Source: Vicugna vicugna (Eukaryota). Taken from it: DNA of 64,000 bases. The notes under the pieces are model-generated. The model was given only the letters and a program-made list of their open reading frames with translations. It had not been told where the DNA came from and ran no database searches. How positions within the stretch are numbered: position 1 is the stretch's first letter; every line of letters starts with the position of its first letter. The stretch lies in contig MU058059.1 in assembly GCA_013265495.1 (NCBI GenBank), positions 2,331,502 to 2,395,501 of the forward strand, read 5' to 3'. Shown in pieces: positions 35,301-48,770 of the stretch. A program made the translations under genes and the position numbers.

Positions 35301-38300
35301 GTATGCAGTTTTATCAGTCCGCTAAATTCTTGAGAGCCTGGAATAGACCCAAAGAATCATATTTTAAATCAGTGGAACCTGGCGATCATATGGATTGATA
35401 TTTCTGTAAAATCACGCTCAAGAGTTCCTGCTTGGGACACCTGGAACACCTCCTCCCTCCGCCTTTTCACCCCATTATAGCTTTGACAATAGGATGACAT
35501 CTCCTTCCTACATTCCTTCTCCTTCTGGATGGGGGATGTCTGGTGGCTGTTTCCAAGGAGAGGTTGCTCCAGCCAGGGAGAGTGGAGGAGGCAGGACGGC
35601 ATCGGGGGCTGCACCTGTATATTTGTATATTCCAGGGAGAGAGGGAAGGTGATGACCATCTCGTGACGCCAGGGTCTCCTACAGGCATGGGCCTCTGTTG
35701 GAATGGTCACATGTGGCTGGGAGCCCTGGATTGAACTGGCCTGCTCTACACAGTGGTCTGTGTGTGGAAGTGCTGTTCACACAGTCCCTCCAGTGTCTTT
35801 AGACACATCTCCCCCATCCTCCATCCCTCCACCAGGAATGTGAATGTGCCGGATGGAGCCTCATCTCGACAGTGAGATCAAGGCCACTCCTTTGGTCTGT
35901 GGAGCCACAGGCTGGAGGGATTCGGGATTCTGGGGACATCGTGGGGCATAGGTGTCCCTTCAGCCCCAGGCTACTTCCACAGACATCATCTGTTTGGGAG
36001 GGAGAAACTCTGGTGTCCTGTTTAACCCACCGACATTTGAGGTTTCCTACCCTTCTTGACTAATCTAATCCCTGTTAACGCAGGAGGCAAAAGCCACGTG
36101 TACTTTCCCAGCATCATTAGTGATGGCGGCAGGTCAGCATTTTACAGCATCTCCAAAGCTGCTACGGTGAACTGCTGTACGAACAGGAGGCAGAGTTCTT
36201 GCCTTGGGGCCCCCACTCATCTGTTTCCATGAGGGAAGGGTGCTGGTAAGGAGGCCTTGTCAGGGGGAGGAACTCCCGACATGGTGAGATGTCCTAGAAA
36301 TTTTCTCTTCAGTGAGAAAAGTTTGGAGGCATCTGCCAGTGTTTCGCTCTAGGATACGTTTAGAATTCCTCAGTTGCTATTTCCTGATAACAAATTAAAG
36401 GGTCTCAGTCTGCCCAGGATGAGGCCCCTCCCAGTGAGGAGTCATTTCGCTTCGTGTGACGTGCTTTGAAGGCCTTCCAGCTGCTCTGATGTTTGGCTTT
36501 GGGGTTCCTTGCCCCGACAGGCCCATCAAATGGCCTTGTTAAGAACAGGGAGCCCTGCAGGGATGGGCCTGGGATGTGCGGCCAAGCGGACTGCTGCCGG
36601 GAGGGAGCCCGAGGGAGGGGACACCCCCCAACTAGAGCTCCGTTTCAGCTGACGGAAGTGCCACCCGCTGGTTTGTTGGCAGCACTTCTGCAAGCTCTGT
36701 GTGTTCAAAACCACTTTTTTTTTTTTTGTCGAGCTGTTTTGACAGAGATTTGGTCTTTAAATAGTAGTTGCTCATTAATTGCATTTCTTCCTGCAAACCC
36801 CAACTTGCCTAGTCTCCTGGTGTATTTTGGAATATCCAGATGTAAGCAATATTTTAATTTTAACTGAGATTAGGAGTGTGTTAAAAAAAATTCCCTGGGA
36901 CCACGTGGGAAATGTCTGTCTTGATGGTAGTAGGACTTGGAGCCCTTATTTAAGGGTAATTCCACTCTGACCCTATTTACTCCTCATGGTCTGAGCCGTC
37001 GAAATGGGAAGGCAGAGGGTTTGCGGTTACAGGGTCAAGGGCTAAGAGATGGAGCTTGCTGGAAGAGGTGCTCTCCTGAGCACTGATTTACCTGCATCTA
37101 GTGTTTTGTGGTTTAGAAAGCCGAGATATATATGCTCACTCTACATGTTGGGAAATTTTTTAAAGTCGTTTCAGAAGCCCCTGGGGTTAAAAAATTCTGT
37201 TTTTAAGCAAAATTGTCTGGAGAGGCCAGATCTGTTCGGCTTTGTCAAGCAGTCACAAAATTCATTTAAAGCAAGTCGGATAAAAGCCTGTGTTTGCAGA
37301 TGGCTTAAGAAGCCTGGTATCTAGTGTGGTAACGGCAGTTCAAGTCGGTTACCTGTGGCTTTTTCACTTCACAAGAAAGGTCCTTATTCACTTTAGGTTT
37401 GAAGACCTCGCATCCAACATGATGAGGGTTTGTATATAAATCCCCCTTTACCTACTATCTTACAAGGTTTTGCTAAGAAAATTAAAAATACAGGACAGTT
37501 TCGTGACTAACAAGTATTTTTCTCTGTGATCACTTTAATGAATGTAAAAGGAAACACCACGGGGATAAATTAAGTTCTGATAAGCTAAATGTAAATGTGT
37601 TTCCTTTGTTCACTTTTAAATTCTGTTGTTTCATTTTTTAAAAAAAGGAACATTCAGATGATCTCTAAGCCTCTTACTAAAACAAGCTTGCTATTTTTTT
37701 TTTAACATGCCATCTTCTATATTGCCAAACCTTCCTCCCATGTACTTTGTGCATTTAACTCTTTCTCCTCATTCTGAAGCCACCTCTGTGCTCCCTGGGT
37801 GACGGCTAGTGTCTTTTTTGTTCTGCTTCCTAATGGGCAGCTGCAAATTGAATACTGTTCCTTGCATCTGTCTCTGCTCAGGTGTCTAGAATGGCTCTTT
37901 ATTGGCCATGAGAGCAAATAAAAGTTTCCTGTTTGACATGTGAGACCCTCCAGTGCTCTAACACCTGGCATTCTTACCTGGGCTATGCCACACCCCTGCT
38001 TCCTCCTATCCACCTGTTGGTCACTCCTGGAACACTTCTTTTCTCCGCAGATATGGATAAAATATATGCCCTTTCACAGTCACCTTTCATCTCCTCTGAT
38101 TTCTTCGTTTTGGGGATGCGTACATATCCACCTAGAATTGCCTCCTTCGCACCTCTGTTCCCAACAAAACTGACCTCCCCGCATCCCTGAGCCTTTCTCT
38201 GCCCAGGGTTGAACACCAAGGCCAGGAGTAAGAGGGAAGCTGAATACATATCTCCGTCTTCTGGATCTTGTTGTCTTTGTGGCGTGACTCTGAACGTCAC

Positions 38301-39213
38301 TTGTGCTTGGACCGTGTGACATTCTAGAAAAGTCCCTATGATGGACCTCAAGTACTTTCTTCTCTTTAAATATTTCTGTAATTTCTAGAAGTAGGAAACA
38401 TGACAGTAAGGGCTAATTTTAGGTTTTATTAAGGTTGACCGTGGACCTGTGAGCCATGGAAATAGCAGTCAGAGAAAACTTCCTACTCAGCTCAGATGTC
38501 CTTGGGCTTCTTAGCTGGGACCACTTGGCAAAAAGTATGCCTGCGAAGTTTATTAGTTATTTCCATGATGCTCTTGGCTTGAAGTCAAGTTTTTTCTTTT
38601 TTTGTAAGTATTCTTAATTTTATAGCCACTCTTGAAAGGAAAAGGTCATTTTGGAGTTGAATCACTGGGGAGGGGTGGATGCTGGAAACGTTATGGTGAA
38701 CAAGACGTGGAAGAGGAGTCTTTACGAATCTTTGGTTCGGTAGGGAGTTGAAGCCAGTTTGGCAGGGGCTACTGCTCCTTCGCTAGACGTATAAATTTGA
38801 TTGAACATACTTGGAAATGAGTAATTTTGTAAAGCAGCCATCGAGAGGTAGCTTTACCGTAATTGCTGTATCCCATCCAATACTTGTGAAACGAAAAAAA
38901 GGGGAGGTGGGTAGGTGCTGAAAGCGTGCCCGTCTTGATTTGAGTGCTGGTTGCTGTCACAGACTTGATTCTGTCGTCTCCAGAAACCTCCCTCTGCCAG
39001 TTTTAGTTTGCTCCTTAGTCAAAGGAACACGATGGTTCCTTGTTGGCAGAGTTGCTGAGTATGAATGTTCAGTGAGGTACGTTAAGTCATTGCTACGTGG
39101 AAAGGGGGCAGTAGTATCACTTTCCCTTCTCAGCCTCTCTGTGTCACATAACCAGGGTTCAGATCAACAAAGTTAGTTCCCTCAGGACTGCAGACCAGCT
39201 TTGTCATATCTCT

Positions 39214-39281
39214 TCTTCTTTTTTTTTTTTTTTTACTTTTTTAAAATTGAAGTATAGTCCGTTACAATGTGTCAATTTCTG
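39214..39281 (-). mobile_element. Very short L1 3' end (~65 bp)
   Basis: poly-T followed by aattgaagtatagtccgttacaatgtgtcaatttct. Confidence 0.8.
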
Positions 39282-42200
39282 TCATACTAATTTTAAGACA
39301 TTTCAAGTGGTTAAATTTGCTTCTCTTTAAAACGCCATTTTTATCATTGTTGATATAATTTTTGTTTTGGCTGTGTTCGCTAATGTTTTTGGTGGAATCA
39401 CACCGTTTGCTGTTGGCTTCATTTATAATTCTATTTTCTTTTTGGCTGTGTGCATACTACTTCATTTTGGGACCCGTTACACTGTTGGATTTTTGGCTTC
39501 ACTCACCTTTTTTTCCCCTTCTCCTCTTTGGCCCATCTCCTCCTATTTCATTTTGGCACTGCTAACATAACTGTTCACACGTGAGCTGTAAGTCTGCCCG
39601 GTATATCTTTAATAGTGCTGTGTTCCTTTTCATTTTTCAAAATGACAAGCTTCTATTTCAAGTATGTGAAATGCCTTAAAACATCACATTGAATGTAGAT
39701 TAGTGGGGCTGTTAAATCTTAGCCAGTGTTGTGTAGTTTGTATTTTGGTTTTCTCTCCCCTCTTTGCACTTTTTCATCACACACCTGATCATTTCTATCA
39801 TCAGTGAATGATTACTGAGGCTCCTTGTGCACATAGCACTGTGCTGGGTCTTGCACGAAGCAGTCTAAAGAGACCTTCTGCAACTATGTCCATTTTCCTG
39901 TGTGCTTTTGTAGGCAGAGTGTCGTGGACTATGATGCCATCTTACGGGTGCTTGAATCTAAAACAAACATGGACATGTAGTCCAAGCAAATATTTGACTG
40001 AGAAGAGAGTGTGTAAATAGTAAACAAACAGACGTGCGTCATTTACCATAGCCTAGATCCTGGCCCCTCCCTCGCGTGTCCTCCTTTTCTTGAAGTGTTG
40101 AGATGTCGAGCTGTGGTCCGCCTCGCCTGCAATAGCTGCCAGCCAGTTGTGCCCCTCGAAAGTGAGGGGACACACCCTTGCTTGGACTGGTGGTCGCACT
40201 GCCTGTGAGGCAGCATCTCTGCTGCAGTGTTGCCTCACTCTCCCCAGGTGGTTCTCTGGAGGAATAAGCAGCAGGCGTGACCAGCAATGGACCAGGGATC
40301 TCAGGGCAAGTGGGAGGCAGGCTCACCTCCCTCTGAGGAGGCCAAAGTGGGATGGAGGCCCCCCGCTTCTCCCTGACAGCTCGAATGTGGGTCCGTGATT
40401 CCATGCAGCCAACAAGACGCTTACCGCAGGACGTGTGAACCTCGGGGGAGTGACCAGTGGGGTGAGTCAGAGACGGTTCCCTGAGTGGCTCTGGCAGAGG
40501 GCAGAGTGTCGCGAGAGTCCCTGGTCCTAGGCGGACCGCCCCTGTGGCCCCATCTCATCTGTGTCTCTTCTCCCCAGGTCACTGCCAGAGTGTGGCTTTT
40601 CCATCTACCATTTCTTAGTTACCCTTCTGATGAATTGCTTGTTGAAATTTAATAGGGTAACTGACCAGTTTGCGCTAAGAATCTGCAGATAATTATCAGC
40701 CAACTCTAACAAGTGGACCTAGTGGAGGACGGGTAACCCTACAGGAAGGGCTAAAATGATCAGCGAAAACACAGACAAACCAGAGATTGGCCTGGAAAAA
40801 AACATGACCATCCAAAAGAGTCAAGGTAGATCTGATAGAGGTGAGAGTGGAAGTTCAGGTCTGGAAGGTGGAGGACCTAACAGAGAAGAACATGAGCACG
40901 GTTTTCATCTCGAAGGGCCTTTGAGGAGCTGGGTGTTGTGATCTCTTCTTCCATCAGCATGGTTTTTTTATTTTTATTTTTTTATAGCGAGAAGAGGAAT
41001 AAGAAAATGGCAGCACGTCCTTTCAGGGTGTGGGTCGGGGTAGCCTTCCTGCTCCAGGGAGCCGTCAGTGAAACGGGGTCCAGAGCAAACACAAGATATG
41101 AGGACAGTGCAAGAATTTGCTACTGTGTGTGGATTTGGCTTTTAGATGGCTTCAAACTAAAATGAGATGAAAATACTCTGACCCCATCTCTCTGTCTCTT
41201 TTCTTAAATATTGTCTGCCCAAAGTGTGACCAAACCTTTTGTTAGAGAAAAATCCTGCCTTGCAAGATGATGGGATACAATGAATGATGTTTGTGGTCTT
41301 CTGCAAATTTTTATGTGTAGTCACTTTCCTGTTACCTGCCGCTCTCTATGCGGGAGACTGAGGAGTTAAAGGAAGAGCATTTTGGGGCTGTGGCTGCTCT
41401 GGTCACATCCTTCATCACAAATCTCCCTCTCCCTCTCGAGTGCCACTTGCCTAAATTTGTCCCATTTTGAATTCTTTGTACTATCTGTCTTCATTTCCTC
41501 TGTCCCTGTCAGACTCCTGTTTCCTTGTCCTTTTTGGGCCAAACACCATTGTTCTCATCTTCCTGGTGGAACAGAGATGCTGTTCCAGCTTTGATATTAA
41601 TTTCCTTTCTCACACAGCTGCTCCAAGCTGGCGTGCACTTGTGTTTCTTTCCAATTTTGAAGGGAGATTGGATCTCTCAGCACCTTGCCGCCACGTCTGT
41701 GTTTTCTTAAAGGTTCATTGTGGCTGCTTTCAGTGTAAGGTCAGGTTTCCGACGCAAACATAAAGGAAAACAAACAGTTAATTCTGTGCATCCTTGGATC
41801 TTCGTGTAAACACGCAGTGTATCGTGGTGTATCGCGTCTCGAAGCACTCCTGCTTAACACGCTTCAGTTTGTAAAGGATTAGTTTGTTGGGCGGAATTAT
41901 CGGTAGTTGATTCTAGGAGTGAATTTTCTCTGGTCTCTATTTGCGGAAGTAAATCTCCCTTCTCCGTGCCTTTCTTTAATTAACTTGTTTCTGTTGTTGT
42001 CAAATCTTTATTTAATAAGTCTATAAAGGATCTTCTGTGGTGTTGAGACGTCAGTGCTGTTTGGGGATAAAATTCAAGATTGACATCTGACTCCCATGTG
42101 CCCTTTTTAGTAACGATGCAATTTACTTGAGTAGCGTAAGTGGGAAGGCATGTCCCTGGAAGAGTCATCCCACTGTCACTGTGTATGGCGATTACCCTGT

Positions 42201-42379
42201 AAGGAAGATGTGCCTTGAGGGGCTGGGAAACCGAGGGTCAACTTCTACCTCCATACTGTGGGCAAGTGAGAGCAATGTTCCCACCTCTTCTCCTTCTGTA
42301 GGATCAGGTAACATTTTTGCCCTGTCTGTCACCTGGCTGTTGAGGATGGCCACCTGGAATCGTAAGTGTGACGGTGTGG

Positions 42380-42850
42380 TCATCCAGTTCCTGCCCTGGG
42401 TGGACCCCAGCCTGGGACTCCACTGCTCAGCTCCACCTTTGCAGCCTGGTCTTCAGCACTGCCCCTACCCCCCAACACTCTGTGCTGCAGTGAACTTTGA
42501 TTCCACACACACAGAGTAAGCAGCCTTCTCACCAGGTGCCCCCTCCCCTGTGCGTTTGGACTCTCTGGAATCTCTCTAACTATCCCTCCAGACTTGAGTC
42601 ATCTTCCCAGCCACACCTTACGTGCCTTCTCCCCTGTGGCTTCTCCCTTGTTCTTCCTAATCTGAAATAGCCCCTTGGTGATCTCCAGTTTGACATCATC
42701 ACAAAGCTGAATTATCGTTGGTCACATACATGACCTGTGTTGCGAATGAGATGAAAATCAGGGTCAGGATCCTGTGTCTTCCTCTCTGTTACCACGCTGC
42801 CCAGAACCCTTGTGCGGATCAGGAGGTACTGGATGCTGCCTGGAGTGGCT
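42380..42850 (+). mobile_element. Degraded L2
   Basis: Pyrimidine-rich L2-like pattern ending cagggtcaggatcctgtgtc...cccagaacc...caggaggtact. Confidence 0.45.
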
Positions 42851-43475
42851 TTGCTACATCAGGCAGACCCCCCAGCCTCCGTTTTCCTTACTTGCACAGT
42901 ACCTTGGGTGATCTGTGTTCCTGTGTAGAGATGTAAGTTGGCCATTCTTCGGTCTTACTACCGATAGTTAGAGGGTGACCACTCTGGGCAGCTGGGTACC
43001 AGTCCCTGCTTCTGCAGTAAGGTCAGAGCACCCACCATGTGGCCGCAGAGACCAGTGGCTGGACGTACTCTCTACAGAGCATGCAGAAGGATAGTCTCAT
43101 ACGTGTGAGAATTACGGGCATTCAGTGAAGAACCAATAAGCCAGTAAGGACTAGGGAGAGAGCTAGCAGGTTCTGCAGCAGTGGTTCTTAATGGATGAGT
43201 GAGCAAGACTTTGCTGGGAAGGTGGGCAGGAGGTGTCCCCCGGAAACGTTCAGAAGAGTCCAGGAACCTGCCGTGTATGGGAGCGGGGAGTGGTTGCGTG
43301 CAGATGTACCGAAGGAGCCTGCAGGGATGAGCAGGTCAGGATACAGGCGGAGATCCCCATTGGTCATGTGGAAGTGACCTGGGAGAGCGAGGCTCCTTGG
43401 GAGAGAGGTGAGTGGGAGCCAGAAGGACATCAGCTTCAGGACCAGTTGATGCCAGGAGAGGCTAGGAAAACGGCC

Positions 43476-43668
43476 CCAGTGGAGGGTCTCACCTGCCCTT
43501 CAACCAGTGACAGCATCACCAGAAGGAGACCTAAGTTTCCGCCCCAACCCCACTTCCAGCAGTTGTGATTCCACAGGCCTGGGGTAGGGCCTCAGGAGCA
43601 GTGTTTTAAGAAACTATCCAGGTGATTCTGATGCAGGGGGTCAGTGAACCACCCTTTGAGTAAACGCT
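43476..43668. mobile_element. MER5A (hAT-Charlie)
   Basis: cagcatcacc...ctggggtagggcc...gtgttttaa...tccaggtgattctgatgca...ctttgag. Confidence 0.7.
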
Positions 43669-43837
43669 AAATTGTCTCTAAAGAGCTTTGTAAACCAAGG
43701 AATTATAAAATCTGCACATTATCCATTTCTCCTGAGCAGACTGGTCATGGGTAGCTGTGTTCGGATTCTCGGATCTATACATTCCATGAAGCTAAGGATC
43801 ACTGAGCTAGGAGAAGAGAACATAAAAACAGAATGAG

Positions 43838-44715
43838 TAGTATTCCATTGCATAAATATACCACAACTTCTTTATCCAGTCATCTGTCGATGGACATTCA
43901 GGTTGCTTCCACATCTTGGCTATTGTAAGTAGTGCTGCTATGAACATTGGGGTGCATGTATCTTTTCAAATTAGAGCTTCCTCTGGATATATGCCCAGGA
44001 GTGGGATTGCTGGATCATAGGGTTACTTTATTTTCAGCTTTTGGAGGAATCTCCATACTGTTTTCCATAACGGCTGCACCAAATTACATTCCTACCAACA
44101 GTGGAGGAGGGCTCCCTTTTCTCCACACCCTCTCTAGCATCTATCACTTGTGGGCTTTTTAATGATGCCTGGATAAAGAAGTGGTGATTTTATATATATA
44201 TATAAAATCATACATATATACGTACATACATACACAATGGAATACTACTCAGCCATAAAAATAACATCACTTGCAGTAACATGGATGACCTGGAGATTGT
44301 CATTCTAAGTGAAGTAAGCTAGAAAGAGAAGAAAAATACCATATGATATCACTTATGTGTGGAATCTGAAAAAAAAAGGACAAAAATGAACTTATTTACA
44401 AAACAGATACAGACTCACAGACATAGAAAACAAACTTGTGGTTACCAGGGGGGAAAGGAGTGGGTGGAGATATGAACTGGGAGTGTGGGATTTGTAGATA
44501 CCAAATGACTATATTATAAAATAGATAAACAACAAGTGTATACTGTACAGCACAGGGAAGTATATTAAGTACCTTGTAGCGGCCTACAATGAAAAAGAAT
44601 ATGAAAAGGAATCTATGTGTGTATATGTATAACAGCTATTATGTTGTACATCAGAAATTAACACATTGTAAATTGACTATACTTCAATAAAAAAAGAATA
44701 TTAAAAAAAAACAAC
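43838..44715 (+). mobile_element. Young L1 with 5' inversion (antisense 43838-44167, sense ~44169-44715), TSD aacagaatgag
   Basis: TSD at 43827-43837 and 44716-44726; antisense ORF2 end followed by sense 3' UTR and A tail. Confidence 0.92.
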
Positions 44716-46705
44716 AACAGAATGAGAACAATGCCACAGCCAGGATACTGGAGAGCGGTAACCTTTAAAGGAACGTGTTGTGATAATGGGGATGTTGGTG
44801 TTTCCAGAAGCCTAGCTGCCAACACATCAGGAAAGGGAAGGTTTGCCACCCTGTTTGTAAGACAGATTTATGTTTGGGTTAATATCTCAGTGTTTAAAGG
44901 AGATGCAATGCTAGGTGGATCTAGAGATTTCACAATTTATCTATAATAGTGTTTTCTGACCTAATTAAATCTTTCGGTTTCCCCTGGGTTTTATTTTTTG
45001 ATTTTGAAGTTAGCAATATATGAAAGTTCAGTATAATGAAGGTCTTTATTGAGAATTATTAGGTACAGTGCCACATTTTGCACTCCAGTAGTTAAGGTCA
45101 CATCTGTCTTTCTATGATAAACATCTTTCTGAAATTGATGAAGGAAAAATTGATACTGATGCAACTTGGTTTTTACTCCCAACCCCAAAACTTTCACATC
45201 AGTTGTGTGCTGATGTAGAGTGATGTCTGCTTCCTCTTCTTTTCCCCCTAAACTCAGGGAGAAGTGGGTATATGGTTGACCTTGGCAACAGAAGTACCAC
45301 AAATGGGATGCAGTAACTCGAGGAGATGGCTCCGATCAGGGGTGCGTTTCCCAGCGATGGTTGAGGCTGAGGGTCTGCTGGTAACCGCAGCTTGTGTTTT
45401 TTAACAGTGGGGTTTGGCTCCCAGAGTCCCACATTTGGTCTTTGGCTTAAACATTACAGGAATTAAGCTGCTCTGTGAAGTTCTTTTAGGCAAATTTCTA
45501 GTCCCGTGAAGGGTGACTCTTTCTTAAGCCCAGTCAATATACTGATTGACAATGGTTTATTCTCGATCCATGGGGTACCCAGTGGTAGGTGAGATATTGT
45601 CCAGTGTGGCCAATGCCATCGCCCACAGTTAGCTTATGAAAGAGCATCCCGTGAGAAAGAGCCAGGCCATGTGCAATCAAGTGCAAAGTTACATACTCAG
45701 ATGATTAAAACCAGCTGTACAGTGACACTTTGATGAACTGATCCCAGTGACGACAGCTTCTTATAATAACTCTGCCGTGAGAAGAAAAAAAGTTTCATGA
45801 GAAGTAGAATTCTCCACTCTCCTGGCTTTGTATTAAAAATATCCCAGTGAATAGTTTCTGAAGCCAGTAGGGCTCATCCCAGGCCTATTATGAAGACGTG
45901 GACTTTGATTTTATCTTCTTTTTTTGAGCCTTTCCCCATGAGCTTTTTCTCTGTCTAATTTCTTTAAGTTATTTTTATTGAGATAAAAAAAAATCTCATA
46001 TCTCATTGTTGGTACTTGTGGATTTTTTGCTTAGGCTGCACATGGTAGGTGTAAATAAATATTTTTGGAGTGGATGTGTTTGGAGGACTGGTTATATGAA
46101 TCCATTTCATATAGTGCTTGTTGGAGTTTTAGATTTTTGAGCCTCTTCATTGTAGACAGAAAAATGTAATCTGATTCAGGTAATTTAGGCATGAGTTTGC
46201 AGATGCCAAGGACTGGGCTATGCTGAGAAGAGTCCTACTGAAATTATGTTGGATATTCTCAAATGATCCTTTTGGCAAATATGATGTAATCTTTTGGGGG
46301 GTTGCTTGGATAGGAACCATCACCCCAAATGGGTCCCAGCCCACGTGGGCCTGAGAAGGGTGGGTGTCTGTCTGGTCCTGTGATTTTGTGTTCTCTGCGC
46401 TTCCTAGACCAGGAGCCTGGCTGACCCTCACATTGGAGCTCATAACAACAGGGTTTCTGCTTCCTCCTCACTGTCTCCTCCTAAACCTTCTCTTCTCTCT
46501 TTAGCATGGGGCTCAACCATCCTTTTGCTTAAGTTATTTAACATTATTTAATTTGTTTTTTATATGATAATCAGTACGCTCTCAACCATACATCTTGGAT
46601 ATATACCAACACATTTTAACCTCCGTTAAGTTCCCAGTGAAGACTACTTGTGTTTAAGAGAAGAGAGTGAAAAATAATAAAATGTGTACTTTTAGAATGG
46701 AAATA

Positions 46706-46921
46706 CAGTTGACCCTTGAGCAACATGGGGGCATTAGGGGGACCACCCTCCTCACTGCATAATTTGTTGTGGGCCCTCCATACCCGGGTTCCTCTGTACC
46801 TGAGGTTCCTCCGCAGATTCAACCATCTGCATCATGTAGTACTGTAGTATCTTCTACTAAAAAAAATCTGAGTAAAAGGGAACCCAGGCAGTTCAAACCT
46901 GTGTTATTCAAGGGTCCACTG
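46706..46921 (+). mobile_element. MER8/Tigger2a-like MITE
   Basis: Terminal inverted repeats cagttgacccttgagcaaca / tgttattcaagggtccactg, with TA on the left. Confidence 0.88.
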
Positions 46922-47369
46922 TGTTAACCTGAAGTTGTTAAGTATTAACTTTTAATGGTACACGTCTTTTGTTGGAACCCCAACATTTGAAGTAAATGAG
47001 AGGTGACTGTATCAGGTTGAGTCGGGGTTTTAGGGAGACCTGGAATGGGCTTGCCGTCACCGCCTGAAGGTTCTGAGGGTCACAGTGTGAAAGCAGCAGA
47101 CGAGGTCTGCCATGCTCTCTTCCATTGGTCAGGACCCGGAAGCACCCGTGTGAGGAGCCCACGTTGACCTATTTACCACACAGACAGGTAGGCAAGTGGA
47201 TGGGGAGGCAGGTAGGCTGGTAGACAGTGTAACATGTATGTGTGCATATAAATACATACATATATACACGGTTGTGTAGTCCTTGATAACATTCAAGAAG
47301 GTAGATGGTTTTACAGGTGAATAGATGGGGAAAGCTTTTTAAAATTTATGTAAAATTTAAAATTTTTAC

Positions 47370-47440
47370 ATTTTCATTTTTTAATATTTTTTAGAAGTTG
47401 AAGTATAGTCCGTTTACAGTGTTGGGTCAATTTCTGGTGT
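47370..47440 (-). mobile_element. Very short L1 3' end
   Basis: T-rich tail followed by ttgaagtatagtccgtttacagtgttgggtcaatttctggtgt. Confidence 0.8.
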
Positions 47441-48494
47441 TAATGACAGAGATGGGACCAGGTCATTTTGGTGGCAAATCTACATTCTCTCCATGGTAAC
47501 TCCACGCTGCCGGCCGGTGCCCCTGGCTGAGGCCACAGAGGCCGGGGCAAGACTGGGACCCAGTCCTTCTGCGTTCTAGTCCCAGGCTGGCCCCTTACAT
47601 CATCTGTTCTCCTTAGTCAGGGGCCAAATAGTCCCTGTGAAAAGAGTAAATAGAATATTGAGGAAACAATTAAAAAAAAAAAAAGGAAAGGCATTCTAGC
47701 TGTGTTCACCTTGAGAAGGGTTAATGTTCCCAGTTCCATATATTTTAGCGACTAATTGGTCATGTCAAGTGACGCCAAGGGAACCGATTCACAGTTGTGC
47801 CATGTGAGTATTGTTCTCAGCTTGGAGAAGTTTGCCTGGAATCCAGCTTCCTACTTTAGAACATTATATGATGAATTATTTTTCTTCAAAGTGTACTTTC
47901 TTTATGGCCTGAGAATTAAAGTTCGATGTTGAGTATGTCTTCACTCCTTTTATGTTTCATAAATTTGAAACATACAGAACGTGTAATCATTAACATTCTT
48001 TTTATGTTTGGAACATAAAATCAAACACGACCGATTGAGGCATTAAACCAGAGTTCCAGTACAGTACACAAAGAATCCCTCTGCCTTTTGTTGACTTACG
48101 CTGAGGTCTGCCAAATAGCAGCCTTATTATGCAGATCTTAGAATAACAGTCGTGGGTGTCTTAGCTTCTTTCCTCTCGTTGCTGACTCTCTGGTTTTCTT
48201 TTTCTCTGGACCATTTAGGGACAGGGGATCTTCAGGATGAGATTTTGTTCCTTCTCTTGGCTCCTACAGCATTTTTTTCTATTTCTCCTTTGTAACTACG
48301 TCCTGTCCCCCGTGTCGCCTTCCCAGAGGACAAGGGCGGCTTTATCATCCTCTGTGTCCCTGTAACCCTCGCCCCTTCCTCCCCAGGGCCCGACATCATG
48401 CCGGGCACCCAGGGAAAGGGAGGAGGGATTGAGATGCCCCGAGTCAGATCAGAAGGCAGGAGCTCCCTTTTTTTTTCATTGGTTTCTGTCTGCT

Positions 48495-48770
48495 GTTACC
48501 AAAGGAGAAAGGAGTGGGAGGGATAAATTAGGAGTCTGGGATTAGCAGATACAAATGACTATATACAGAATAGATAAACAGCAAGGTCCTACCATAGAGC
48601 ACAAGGAACTATATTCGATAGCTTGTAAGAACCTATAATGTAAGAGTATGAAGAAGACTATGTATATACACACACACGTATGTATGACTGAGTCACTATG
48701 CTGCACACCTGAAACTAACACAGCATTGTAAGTCAACCATACTTCAATTACAAAAAAGAAGGAAAAAAAA
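48495..48770 (+). mobile_element. Young L1 3' end
   Basis: gttaccaaagg...gggataaattaggag...gcaaggtcct...gaaactaacacagcattgtaagtcaac...cttcaatt plus A tail. Confidence 0.9.

Noticed and set aside
40550..40662. Strong-looking cryptic acceptor (tgtgtctcttctccccag) with a downstream GT; similar acceptor near 7030-7049
   Set aside because: Pseudo-splice sites are abundant in long introns, and there is no coding similarity or other support.
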